From NCBI RefSeq assembly GCF_009914755.1, contig NC_060937.1: 64,000 bases of DNA; one strand, 5' to 3'. A program made the position numbers and the translations under genes. Position 1 is the stretch's first letter; each line of letters starts with the position of its first letter. Positions 1 through 13,405 of the stretch are shown here, piece after piece. The notes beneath the pieces were generated by a model that did no database searches, was not told where the DNA came from, and was given only the letters and a program-made list of their open reading frames with translations. This stretch comes from the human T2T-CHM13v2.0 reference genome, Homo sapiens.

Positions 1-83
1 TAGCCGGGATGGTCTCGATCTCCTGACCTCGTGATCCGCCCGCCTCGGCCTCCCAAAGTGCTGGGATTACAGGCGTGAGCCAC
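1..83 (-). mobile_element. Young Alu (AluYa5-like), left-arm portion, cut by the window edge
   Basis: Reverse complement reads GTGGCTCACGCCTGTAATCCCAGCACTTTGGGAGGCCGAGGCGGGCGGATCACGAGGTCAGGAGATCGAGACCATCCCGGCTA. All CpGs are intact and it has the ACCATCCCGGCTA variant; it abuts L1 sequence at 84. Confidence 0.85.
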
Positions 84-2360
84 GCAGAAAAGGTTTTTGA
101 TAAAATTCAGCACAGCTTCATGTTAAAAAGCTAGAGGCTCTACAAAGTAGGTCTTGAAGAAACATTTCTCAAAATAGTAAGAGCCATCTATGACAAGCCC
201 ACAGCCAACATCATACAGAATGGGAAAAAGCTGGAAGCATTTCCCTTGAGAGCCAGAACAAGACAAGAAAGCCCACTCTCACCATTCCTATTCAACATAG
301 TACTGTAAGTCCTAGCTAGAGGAAAAGGCAAGAGAAAGAAATAAAAGACATCATAATAGTAAGATAGAAAGTTAAACTATATGTTTGCAGATAGTATGAT
401 TTTATACCTAGAAAACCCCATAATCTCTGCCCAAATGCTCCTAGATTTGATAAACAAATTTAGTAAAGTTTCAGGATGCAAAATCCATTTACAAAAATCA
501 GTAGCATAAATACACATCAACAACACCCAAGCTGAGAGCCAAATCAAGAACACAATCCCATTCACAGTAGCCACAAAAAGAATAAAATACCTAGGAATAC
601 AGCTAACCAGAAAGGTGAAAAAATCTTCATAATAAGAATTACAAAACACTGCTTAAAGAAATCACAGATGACACAAACAAATGGAAAAATATTTTATGCT
701 CATGAATAGGAAGAATCAATAGTGTTAACATGGTCATATGTCTCAGAGCAATCTCCAGATTCAATGCTATTCCTGTCAATCTACCAATGACATTCTTCAC
801 AGTATTAGAAAAAAACTATTTTAAAATTCATGTGGAAAGAAAAAAGAGCCCAAATAGCTAAGGCAATCCTAAGCAAAAATAACGAAGCTGAAGGCATCAT
901 GTTACCCAATTTCAAACTGTACTACGAGGCTACAGTAACCAAAACATTACAGTATTAGTACAAAAACAGACACATAGACCAATGGAACAGAATAGACAGC
1001 TCAGAAGTAATGCCACATACCTAGAACCACCTGTTCTTTGATAAAGTGGACAGAAACAGACAATACAAAAAAGACTCTCTATTTAATAAATAGGGCTAAG
1101 ATAACCATCTACACATATGCAAAAGATTGAAACTGAGCCCTTTACATAATACACCACATACAAAAATCAACTCAAGATGGAATAAAGGCTTAAACGTAAA
1201 ACATAAAAACCTGGAAGATAACCTAGGAAATACCATTCTGCGTATATCTTGGTGAAGATTTCATGACAAAAAGCAATTACGACAAAAACAAAAATTGACA
1301 AATGGTACCTAATTAAACTAAAGAGCTTCTGCACAGCAAAAGAAACTATCAACACAGTAAACAGACAACCTACAGAATGGGAGAATTTTTTTGCACATTA
1401 TGCATCCAACAAAGATCTAGTATCAAAAATCTGTAAGGAACTTAAACAAATTTACAAGCCAAAAACAAGCAACCTCATTAAAATGTTGGCAAAAGACATA
1501 AACAGACACTTTTCAAAAGAAGACATACACACGACCAACAAGCGTATGAAAAAATGGTCAACATCACTAATCATTAGAGAAATGCAAATCAAAGCCACAA
1601 TAAGCTACCATCTCATGCCAGTCAGAATGGCTATTATTAAAAAGTCAAAAAGTAATAGATGCTAGTGAGGTTGTAGAAAAAAAGTTCAGCCGTTGTAGAA
1701 AACAGTGTGGTGATTTCTCAGCGAACTCAAAACAGATTTACCATTCAACCCAGCAATCGCATTGCTGGGTATATGCTGAAAGGAATATAAATTGTTCTAC
1801 CATAAAGACACATGCATGCCCACATATGTTTATCACAGCACTATTCACAATAGAGAAGACATGGAATCAACCTAAATGCCCATCAATTGTATACTGGTAA
1901 AGAAACTGGTATAGATACACCATGGAATGTCCTGCAGCCATAAAAAGGAGTGAAATAATGTCCTTTGCAATAACATGGATAGAGCTGGAGGCCTTTATCC
2001 TAAGCAAACTAATGCAGAAACAGAACACCAAATACTGCATGTTCTCACTTATAAGTTAGACATAAGCATTGAGTACATATGGACACAAAGAAAAGAACGA
2101 CAGACAGCAGGGCCTACTTGAGGGTGGAGAGTAGGAGAGAGAGGATTGAAAAACTACCTATTGGGTACTATGCTTATTACCTGGTGATGAAACAATCTGT
2201 ACACCAAACCTCTGTGACATGCAATTTACCTATATATTAGGTTGGCACAAAAGTAACTGTGGCTTTTGCAATTAAAAATGTTGGCAAAAACCATAATTAC
2301 TTTTGCATCAACCTAATAGCAAAACTGCACATGTACCCTTGAACCTAAAATAAAAATTTT
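84..2360 (+). mobile_element. L1 (old L1PA/L1PB-type) 3' part of ORF2 plus 3' UTR, degenerate
   Basis: ORF2 remnants (e.g. 1483-1665 [13 protein letters not shown]...IIREMQIK); 3' end ACATGTACCCTTGAACCTAAAATAAAA. Confidence 0.92.
2237..2316. mobile_element. MADE1 (Hsmar1-derived mariner MITE) nested in the L1 3' UTR
   Basis: 80 bp, TTAGGTTGGCACAAAAGTAA...TTACTTTTGCATCAACCTAA, flanked by TA at 2235-2236 and 2317-2318. Confidence 0.93.
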
Positions 2361-2599
2361 AGAGAAGATTTCTTCTGGCAAGGGGTAAAGCATATATGAG
2401 GGTCTTCAGGCCAGACTGCTTTCAAAAGGCATGGAATTCAATTGTGGTTGAAATAAGTGAATTTGTACTCCAAAATTTCGAAGAATTAAGCCTAGATGGT
2501 ATATAAAGGAAAACTACTAAGTGAAGCAGATATTGGGAAAAGTTTTTCAGAAAAGTACTATTAAAATTTTTGCATTTTAAAATATAGTACATATTTTAA

Positions 2600-2916
<317 letters not shown>

Positions 2917-2999
2917 TGTGGACAATTTTTAAAGTAATCCTTAGAAAATAAGTAGATATATTGAGATTCCTCTAAGTGAAAACCTCTCAGCAATTTTTA

Positions 3000-3745
3000 A
3001 AAAATAAATTGTTAAATTAACTATTGAAGATATACAAAATAATTTTTATGAAATATACATAAGTTAAGAAAAAACAAGCACCTAGTTACCCATGACCAAT
3101 TTTAATTAACAGAAAATTACCATCACTTTTGAATCCCTGTGAATCCCAGGACATCTCACTTAATTGCATTAACCTTCAAAAGTAACCATATACATTATTT
3201 AATTATGTACAGTTTTGGCTTTATATTAATGTGTATATACTGTGTGTCTTCTGTAGAATTCTTTCTGCAGCATTATGTTCCTGAAAATCAATTTTTTGCT
3301 TCAAATTGCAATCCATTCATCTTCAATGATCTAGTATCGAATCAGATAAATATACCACTATCTACATTCTGGTATATGTGACCTGGCACATGTGGGTAAA
3401 ACCTTCTCTGATATAGGAATGAAATTGATTAGTCACTAAATATATACTACTCAAATTAGCTAGACAATGCCAAACTGTTTTTACAAAGTGGTTTTACCAA
3501 TTTACCATTCTAATACCTATATGTGTGTGCCATTGTTTCATTAACACAATCAAGATGGTAGACGTATCCATCACCTCTAAAAGTTTACTCATGCCTCTTT
3601 GCTTTGGGTTTTTTTTTTTCCCATTGGTCAAATTTTGATAGATACATTGCTAGCCATTTTGTATTACTGATACTATTACAAATGGTATCTTAGTTTTAAA
3701 AATACATTTTCTAAACTATTATGATATAATCAACTTTAAAAAATT
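3000..3745 (-). mobile_element. Highly decayed old L1 (L1M/L1ME-type) fragments
   Basis: AT-rich L1-like motifs (GACAATGCCAAACTGTTTTTACAAAGTGGTTTTACCAATTTAC); appears to resume after 5350. Confidence 0.55.
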
Positions 3746-3749
3746 TTAG

Positions 3750-5345
3750 TCAACTTTATCTTTTAGAGCAGTTTTAGATTCACAGCAAAATTGAGGGGAA
3801 ATTAATGTTTCCATTTACCTCCTTTGGCAGGTATATTGTTTCATTTGCACCATCCCCACCACCCCCAACATATGCAATCTTTCCCACTTCAGCCTCACCC
3901 ACCAGAGTGGAACATTTGTTATGTTCAATGGACCTACATTAACACATCATTATTACCCAAAGTCAATGGTTTACATTAGGGTTCATGCTTGGTATTCTAC
4001 AATCTATGGCTGTTGACACATGTGATGACATGTATCCACTATTAGAGCATTCTCTGAGCTTCCTGGATCTGTAGTTTGGTATATGACATGAAGTTGAGGA
4101 AATTCTCAATTATCATTGCTTCAAGTATATCTTCCGTGTCTTTTTCTCTCTTCTCTTTCTCTTATTCCATTACTCATATGTTATATACTCTGTGGTTTTT
4201 CCAGAGTTCTTGGATATTCTGTTCTAGGTTTTTGTTATGGTTTTCAGTATTTTTATTTTGTCTTAGATTTTCAGTTTTGAAAGTTTCTATTGACTTGTCC
4301 TCAAGCTCAGAGATTCTTTTCAAGGCTATGTCCAGTCTACTAATTATCCCATTAAAGGCATTTAGTTTTGACTCAGTATTTTTTATCTCAAGCATTTTTC
4401 AAACTCTTTCCTGGAATTTTCATCACTCTGCTTACATTACTCATCTGTTCTTGCATATTGTCTACTTTGTACATTAGATCCTTTAGCACAGTTGTTTTAA
4501 ATCTGTGGTCTGATAATTCCAACATTCCTGCATACCTGGGTTTGGTTTTGACGCTTTCTCTGTCTCTTAAATCGTCTTTTTTGCTTTTCAGTATGCCTTG
4601 TAATTTTTGCTAAAAGGCAAACATGATAGAAGAAGAGATAGGGAAGAATTCTGTAGTCCTAGAGGATTAGGTCTCAAGCTTTTAATGAGCCTGTGTCCCT
4701 GGGCTGTGAGCTTCACAAGTGCTTTTCAGTTTGTTTGTATATTTCACCCTGTTAGATGACACAGGATGGCTAGAGCTGGCTGGAGATCGGTACTTCTCTT
4801 CCCCTAGGTCAGTTAGGCTCTGGTAAAATCCCACCAAGTTAGGCTTTGGTAAAATAGTTTATCTTGATGATATGCCTTATAAAGAAGGAGAGAATGCTCT
4901 GGCATATTTCAAAATGGTTACTTTTCTTCTTCCCCTATTGGAAGCCCAGTGAGATTTTTCTCATTGAAAATGAGTGTGATAGAGCCTGGTAGAGCTCCTG
5001 GAGGTAGAACTCAAAAAAGTGTTAGGCCCCCTGTTTATTACTGTGCCCCTTGGGGTTTTTATCTCTCAGGCTTGTCTACATTAAGACTTCAGCAATTCAT
5101 CAATTACAGTGTACGTTTCTCTACCCTGGTAATGGTTCCCACAAAGGTTCCTGCTCAGGTAAGTTGTGATTCTCTGTATCTGCCTGTCTCTCCAATTTGG
5201 GGAGCAGCAGTTTGCCATGTGATCTTACTTCTCTGACAGATCTAAGATGAGTTGCTAATTTTTCAGTTTGTTGGGCTTTTTACTTGTTGTTAGGTATGAT
5301 GACAGCTTCTAAGCTCCTTTCATGCCAGACCAGAAACCAGAAGTC
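3750..5345 (-). mobile_element. L1MC/MD-type element: 5' UTR, ORF1 coiled-coil fragment and 3' UTR, with ORF2 missing
   Basis: 3' UTR motif CCAGAGTGGAACATTTGTT...ACACATCATTATTACCCAAAGTC at 3900-3965; ORF1p-like peptide LEIKNT...ISRLDIALKRISELEDKSIE...QNIQELW at 4174-4395. Confidence 0.7.
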
Positions 5346-5349
5346 TCAG

Positions 5350-5680
5350 AATTTAACTTATTTTGTACATTGATTTCATATCTAGCAGATTTATGAAACC
5401 ATTTTATTCATTTTAATGAGGTATTATTATTTTATTTGAGCTTTCTTTACAGATGATCATGTTGTCTACATTATATCTTTCTTTCTGGCTTATAATCCTT
5501 TTCTATTTTCTTTGTCTTAGTGCTAGGAACTCCATGTAATTTTAAATAAAAGTGATGATATTGAACACCAATGCCTTAGGCAAATGCTTTTAACATTTCA
5601 CTATTAAGTAAGATATTTGCTGTACATTTTTTAATTTATCCTTTTTCATGTTAAGGAAGATTGCTTCTGGTCCTAGGTTT
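5350..5680 (-). mobile_element. Old L1 ORF2 fragment
   Basis: GCAAATGCTTTTAACATTTCACTATTAAGTAAGATATTTGCTGT matches the antisense of the L1 RT region. Confidence 0.6.
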
Positions 5681-7129
5681 TTCCCACTAACTTTTGGTTT
5701 GAGAAATCTAAAACATCCGAAAGGATAAAATTTCAACAAAAATTTCAAGCATAATAATAGTACAATTAGTGTTCATATCTCTTCTACTTTAAACATATTA
5801 AAATACTTATTTTATATTATCTGCCTAAGAATTTCACTATTTGATGTTACCTGAGCTTCAGGGTAGTATTTCTACATTACCTTTATACCGCATGTATAGT
5901 TTTTTGTGGTACCTAAATTATCTGGGGATTCTTTTGCTAGATGCCCACCTTGGGCTGGCCCTGAACTATGCCTCTGACCCCAAATGCCCTGTGAAGGGAT
6001 GAAGACCAAAGCTCGACGTCTCCCTATTCAGCAAATGCCCTTCTGACAAAAGCCAACTTTTACTCCATTTATAGCCTCTAAATATTTCTTACTAATTTGA
6101 CAGCTTATTAATTCGTTTACAACTATATTTATTTATATCTTACTAGGCATTTTTAGTGGTTTTCAGTGGGAGAGTCAGTCAATGTCCCCAAGTCACCACT
6201 CTATCAGAGGTGGAATTTGGTGTTCTCTTTATGGAACACTTGGAATCACAGATCAACGTCAATCTTCCCTGAAGCCCATTTCTCTGTTTCCTTCATGAGG
6301 GCTATTGGCACAATAACTCAATATGCAATTTTTGCCATCATCCACACAGAATCCTTATTAGCCTTACATATTTTGTTAATATCTTAAGAGCGTTTTTGAC
6401 CTAATATGCCTATTTAAGCCAAATGCTAAACTCGAGGTTTGAGATGAATACAGTCTCCCTATAGTGAAGCTTGCGGAAGTGAGTTGTCAGGATATGAATT
6501 TTTTTTCAATATTTCCACCTTATCTCTGTGGGGTTTCCAGTTACTGCTTAAGTCAGGATGATTTGGCACAGGACATGTTGTTCTTTTGGAGTATGAGAAT
6601 CTTTATTGCTCTTAATTGTTTCATTTTCTAGTCATCTTCTGGCTACTAATAAATACACTCTATAATTGCACTAGGAATTAAAATTAGATATAACTGAACT
6701 AGAGCTCCCTCTCCTCAGCCCCACATAGGTAATACATTCAAGCAAGTTTCTTACAAAGGCCGTCGGTTCTGTGGAGCTGACCAAGGTAAAATAGTGAATG
6801 ATGAAACAGTTGTTTTCAGGACCTATCCTGAAATCGTGGCATTAAATACCTGAAGAGATGTTTAGAAAATATTTTCTTCCTAGCTAGGTATTTAATCCTA
6901 AAATCAAAAAAATTTCAGGAAAAAAATGGATGGGTGACTCTGCACCCAATAATCCCTGTCCTTTTTTTTTTTTTCTTACACATTTTCTCTGCTGGTCCTG
7001 CCCTCCTCACAGTGTGCATAATTAATTTCAGATTATCTCATTCAACTAAGATACAATTTTGGCATGGGTATAGATAAAGCCAATTCAAGGTATGGAGTTT
7101 AACATATTCAAAGAGCAGGCATGAGTTCA

Positions 7130-7621
7130 TGTATTAGTTTCCTTGTTGCTGCTATAATGGGTTACCACAAATTTAGTGACTCAGAACAACACCAATTTAT
7201 TCTATTGCAGTTCTCAAGGCCAGAAGTTTGAAATCAATCTTAAAGAGTTAAAATAAAAGTGTCCACAGGTCTAGTTTCATCTATCAGTAGACTCTAAGGG
7301 GAGGGTTTGAGTGCTGCCTTATTCAGCTTCCAGTGGTCATTGCCCCTTCCTCCATCTGCAAAGCACATTACTACAAAGCTCTGCTCCCATCATCACCTTG
7401 CCTTCTCCTCTGGCTGACTCTGCTGCCCCCTGCCTCCCCCTTGTAACAACTGTTGTGATCACATCAAGCTCACCTGGATAAACCAGGATATTCTCCCCAT
7501 CTCGAGATACTTAATCACATCTGCAGAGTCCCTTTTGCCACATAAGGTAACATATTCAAAGGTTCTGGGTGTATAATGTGGATATCTTTGGGTGCAGAGA
7601 AACATTGCTCATCCTACCCCA
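7130..7621 (-). mobile_element. MLT1 (MaLR) solo LTR
   Basis: TGTATTAGTTTCC start, TTACCACAAATTTAGTGACT, ATCACATCTGCAGAGTCCCTTTTGCCACATAAGGTAACATATTC. Confidence 0.85.
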
Positions 7622-9218
7622 GTTCATAATAGTGAACCTGTCCCATGCTGTCTAATTTTATTTCCCCCACACCAGTTTGCATGCCTGCTGTCTCCTAACC
7701 TTGAGACTGAGGTCCTTCTTGCTAGTCCATCTATACTTTCTAACAGGTCATGGATCTTCCTGCACCATTTCACAGACTGAAATTATTTCTAACATCCCTT
7801 ATCCTAATTAATGACTCGTCATCAATTTGGATATCCAAAGCCTTATTTTAAAACTTTTATTGTATGGACCTCAGGTCACTGTGGTTTGTTGGTTAATTAT
7901 CCACCATGAATATAAATTTAGACTAAGATACACACATATATCACATTGTCTAACACCAAAACTTTTCAAAGTACATTACAGACACTATAACAATAGATGT
8001 ATTATAATAGATTATAATTTTCCTCTGTTGATAAACATGCTAATAACACTATAGTGGGTTTTATTTTTCTTGTAGATAATAGCTCATAGATAATATACCT
8101 CAGAGATAATTATTGAACTATCTCTTATAGATATCAATTGAAATATGACTACCTCCATAACCATAAATAAATAATAGAGAGCTGTTTAATGGTCTATTAT
8201 ATATTAGGTGTTTACATATGTTTCCATGGACTTTGTCAATGTTAGTAATATTAATAATTTGAAAAAAAGGAAATACTTGAAAACTTCACTGTGGTGTCAA
8301 ATTTCTTCCTGGCAATAGCCCTGTGAGATAGGTATTATTAGCCTATTTTATACAATTAGATACATTCAGTCCTAAATCCATCTGATACCAGGCAATGTGA
8401 TAGAGTGATGGTGATGTTGGGATGGTTCATGGGAAAAATAATTTTGAACATGAGGCCTCTGCAAACTGCTTTTAATCCCACTCTGCAGGCATAGAGCTCA
8501 GGCCACAGTCAGTTCAATGCTAGCCCCTCAGATGTTATGCCCTGGTGACCAGTTCTGTCCAGACTTGGATCTCAGCTCTAGGGATGGTCATATATTTACT
8601 TTGGTGAAAAGACTAAGAGACAGAAAAGGTATTTAGAAAATATTTCTTTTCTTGGTATCCTTGAAAGAACTGCCCTTTTAGACAGAGGGCATGTTTTGAC
8701 ATCTGTAAATCTTCTCTCTCAGCATCATTTCTGAAATGTTACATGCAGTTGAGGTATTAAGGCTTCAAGTTTGCACCTAGAAATACTTCACTGAGTTAGT
8801 AATTCATACAAAAAAAAAAAAAACCCACAAAGCCTTCCTTAGGAAAGGATTTCTGTAAGTATAGTTTTAAAATGTAGTTGATTTTAATATCTAAAACACA
8901 AAATTGTGAGAAGCAATTCATTTTTGCATACAATATACAGTAGAAAAATATACCCAGCTAAGAAAATACAGATATAGAAATTTTTTAAAGAGAGGGAGAA
9001 AGAAAAGGTCAAGAGTGGAAAGGGATATGAAAAACAAAGAAAGAAGACAGAAAAAGGCAGTGGAGATGCTGGCCTTAAAATCCACATTCAGATGCTAGAA
9101 TTCAAGTTATTTAAACTGTGAGAAGTTAACAAAGCCTATTAAAGCCATTCAGGCCAAGATCTGCTTGATATTCACAATTTCATGATTTTTGTTTTTCCTA
9201 TGCACCTAAGAAGACTAT

Positions 9219-9550
9219 TGTATTAGTCCACTTTCACACTGCTGTTAAAGACATAACCGAGACTGGCAAGAAAAATAGGTTTAATGGACTCACTGTTCCA
9301 CATGACTGGAGAGGCCTCACAATCATGGTAGAAAGTGAAAGGTACATTTTACATGGCAGCAGAAAAGAGAGAGCTTGTGCAGGGAAACTCCCTCTTATAA
9401 AACCATCAGATATCGTGAGACTTATTCACTATCATGAGAACAGTATGCAAAAGACCTGCTATCATGATTCAATTACCTCCCACCAGGTCCTTCCCACAAG
9501 ACATGGGAATTCAAGATGAGATTTGCTAGACAAATAGCCAAAGAATATCA
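9219..9550 (-). mobile_element. THE1 (MaLR) solo LTR
   Basis: TGTATTAGTCC...GGCCTCACAATCATGG...AAACCATCAGATATCGTGAGACTTATTCACTATCATGAGAACAG...ATATCA; 5-bp TSD ACTAT/ACTAC. Confidence 0.92.
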
Positions 9551-12500
9551 ACTACGTTCCCTGGCCTCTCTTGCAATTAGGTGGGGTCATATAACCTTCT
9601 GGATAATGCAATATGAATGGATATGTGACCTGGGCGTGCTGTTAAAATTATCTTTGACATTCTCAGCTCATTCTCATCCACTCCTTAGTGTCCCCAAAGA
9701 CATGGCTTGAAATGGCAGCCTGACAAATTGGAAAGAACAGAATCACTGGAACAGAGAGGAGCTCTGCCAAGGAGATATTGGTTCTGTTCATTACAGCATC
9801 CAACACAAATTATCTTTATCAAAATAGTAGATTAATGACATGGTCAGATTTGAGTTTCATGTAAGTCCCTATGACAACTGTGCATGGATAGATTAAAGCA
9901 GGCAAATATTAAAGTTGGAAAAATGAACTTGAGGATGGATTCTATCAAGATTAAGGGGGGGAAAATGCCAACTCCCTTGTATCTTATAAGGAACTTGGAA
10001 GTCTAGCAAAAGCACCAACTGAGAAATAATACTAAACAAGAAGCAACCACAGAGGGTTTGGAATGCTCCCTTTTAGATATACCTTCCTCTGTTTCACTGC
10101 ATTTTTCATATCGGAATTTAATTTTGTGATTATTTCCTTACATGATTTTTAAACTGTAATGCTTCATGAGGTTATGGACCTCATCTGTTTTTGAACTTTC
10201 CATTGCTATTACTAAGCCATTCTTGGCACAAAGTAGATATGCAACAAATACATTGAATGAATGAATAAAATAATGGATGATGTGACAAGCAGACATTTGT
10301 ACATATAAATTTCAAGGAAGCAATCTGAACTGAGAAGTTAAAATTAGAGTTCTTCAACCTTAAACAAGTAAATTAAATCTTGAATGAGGATGAAATCCTC
10401 CTGGAGTAAAGCTGGAATGAAAAAAAATACTGAGCTGATGAGAACACATGTGATAAAGAATAATTTTTAGTTTTTCAGAGGAGAGGATTTCTTCACATGC
10501 TGAGCAAAAGAAAATGGTTGAGAAAAAAATGAAAAAGTTCTGGAAGGGTAGCAGCTATCAGATGATGGACCATTTAGACTATTAATGAATGAAGAAAACA
10601 CAGTGACTGCTGGTAAAGAGATTATCCAACAATAATATTACATGGTTCTGCAATAAAGTCATTGATTTTCTACAGAGTTTGATTTTTTAATGTACTTTTG
10701 AATTGACAATTTGAAAGATTTTTCAATGATATGCTTGAAAATATATACTTTTATAAGCTGGTACTGACAATTACATCATGAATAATTAAAATTTGCTTTC
10801 TTTTTAAAAGACACGTAAGAGAGTAAGGAAGACTGTATAGCCCTGTATAAGAGAGAAAAAGACACCTGTGGATAGATTGGCTTAAACAGAGAAGGAGCAC
10901 CTGTCTTCTTAGCCTGGAGGAGAGAAAGGCAGGGTGTTTGTGGGTATGGGTAAATTTGTAGGTGATGGAAATTAACTTGAAAAAGATTATAAAATCAGAA
11001 GCATATAGGTTGGATCAGTTGGTGAGAAGAATTAGGGACATTTGATATAGTCATTTAGAAAAGAACAGGACAGGAAAAGAGACAAAAGCAACAAGATATC
11101 TAGAAAGTACTAAAGGCAGGGCTTAGGTTAGGGACCATGAATTTGTGGACCATGAAAAAAGGAAGGCCACATATAAAATTCTTCATTTATTCAGCAAATA
11201 TTTATTCGTCACCGTCCATTGTACAGCACTGTGCTACCTGCAGGGATAAAAGTGTGTTAATGATGTTAGTGCTTTGTATTTCTTGTCGCGGAGGCACCAT
11301 TGGTCATTCCAATAAAAACAAAACATCTTATTAGTTGGTGGCATGTAGACAAAATTATTGGTGGTGTGAAATTTTTCCTTTCAGCCTGTAGTTTTATTAT
11401 AGTGGTACACACAGGTTTCCTGCTTTTTGCTCAACTTAAAGCATTTAATGTGTTCTCTCACTGACCTTCATTAAATAAATCACAGTGAGCCTGACAGAGT
11501 CTGGAAATAAGACCGATGAAACCAGGCAGTGAAAAACATCCCTTCTCTATCCTTCTGTGCCTCTGTTTCCCCCCCAAAGGGAAAATTCCCAAAGCAGAAT
11601 TTTTGCATTTCTCATTCCCTTTCCTTCACGGCTAATCTTCATTTCAATAGTCTGATAAATATGTTAATTTAGCATCATTGTAAAGCTGAGAATTGCTCTT
11701 ACAGGTAATAGAAATGCTATTAATGCACTGGCCTGTATTGTTGAGGGGAGGGTTGAGTCAGTTTTCTGGAGCCACCAGATTAGACCAAAAGGCCGGCCTG
11801 CTCAATACATCTATAACGTCAGAGGTTGCTAACTGGTAATAATATTTAAACTAGTTTGTTGATTTTTTTTCCCCAAAAAACTAAAATTGCAGCATGAATA
11901 TGTTAAAAACTTGACTAAATTTATTTGCTAGAAAGAAAGGGACTAAGAATCCATCCTTCATTCATCATAACCTAAAATTCCACTGGACATAGTAATCCAG
12001 ACAACATGCATTTCCTGTTGTATCCCAGAATATTTTTGACTTAATTTTATCAAAGTAGTTTTGTTGGTCTTTAAAGACATGCAGATTTTTTCAGAATACC
12101 AACGCTGCTCACTATTGCAGAAAGGGTATTATGCAAATATTGTTCACTGATAACCTCATTTTCTACATTATAGAGTGTTGTTTTGAGAATGTTAAATAAA
12201 ATTCCATGTTAAGATATACAACTTGGGAGGAGGCTTTGGGGAAAATTATTGAACTGTAGTGGTGATTCTTGCTCTGCATACCTTATCTATCTGCTCCATT
12301 AGTGAATCAACTTGAATGACCAGTGAATTATTCCAGTGAAATAGCAGAATGGTAATAACAGTCAATTAAACTAATTTATAAATTCACCTACTTGCTTTTA
12401 CCAAGGTCATTCAAGCAAACGAGATTTCAGAAAAATTAATATTCTGTTTCCTTTTTATTAAGTCATCTCTGATGGGCTTAGGAAAAAGAAGTGTTGAATG

Positions 12501-13077
12501 CCAATCTGGTTTTATCTTTTAAATCCTCCTAGTCTACTTAACTGAATCTACTGTTAGGCTTATTTAAAAAGTGACAGCCTGCGTAACCCACATAATGCAG
12601 GAATTAATAGTATAATTTGAAAATGGTTGGAACAACTGTAGTTGACATTATGTTTATCTCTTTAGCTCTAAATGATTATTTAAACTCGGTTTGTTCATTT
12701 TCTTGGCATTCTTACTCATATTGAACTTATGCATCCTTCTTTTGATAGAGCTAGTTCTATAGAACTGGGGCTGTTTGTGGCAGATAAAAAAAAGGGTTTG
12801 AAACACATACTTCCCTGCCTTCCCTCTCTATTAATATTACATTTAATTATAGAAACTTATACTATTATGTTTAATTTCAAAGCTTATTTGCATTTTAAAA
12901 TATTAATATGTAATTTCTATGCACAGTATTTAGATTCTGTCTCCTACAGATCTATCTTTCGAATCCATGTATTTCTCTAAATCATTTAACCTGGTTGAGG
13001 TCACTATCATCACTTACTTAATTTACCACAACAACCTTCCCTGTGGGGCTTCTTCCTCCAATTCATTCATTAAAAAT

Positions 13078-13405
13078 TTCATGAGCCTTGAGGATATTAT
13101 GCTAAGTCAAATAAGCCAGTCACAGAAGGACAAATACTACATGATTCCACTTATATGAAGTATCTAAAGAAGTCGAATTCATAGAATCAAGGAGTGGAAT
13201 GGTGGTTCCCAGAAGTTGGGGCAAGGGGAAGATTGAGATTTACTAACTAACAGGCATAAAATTTTAGTTAAGCAAGATGATTAAGTTCTAGAGATCTGCT
13301 GGACAACATTGTGCCTATACTTAACCATACTCTATTGTACACTTAAAAATTTATTGAGGGTAGATCTCATGTTAAGTGTTCTCATCACATTGAAATTAAA
13401 TTTGA
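13078..13405 (+). mobile_element. L1MA/MB 3' UTR fragment
   Basis: AAATAAGCCAGTCACAGAAGGACAAATACTACATGATTCCACTTATATGA...GGGTAGATCTCATGTTAAGTGTTCT. Confidence 0.85.
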
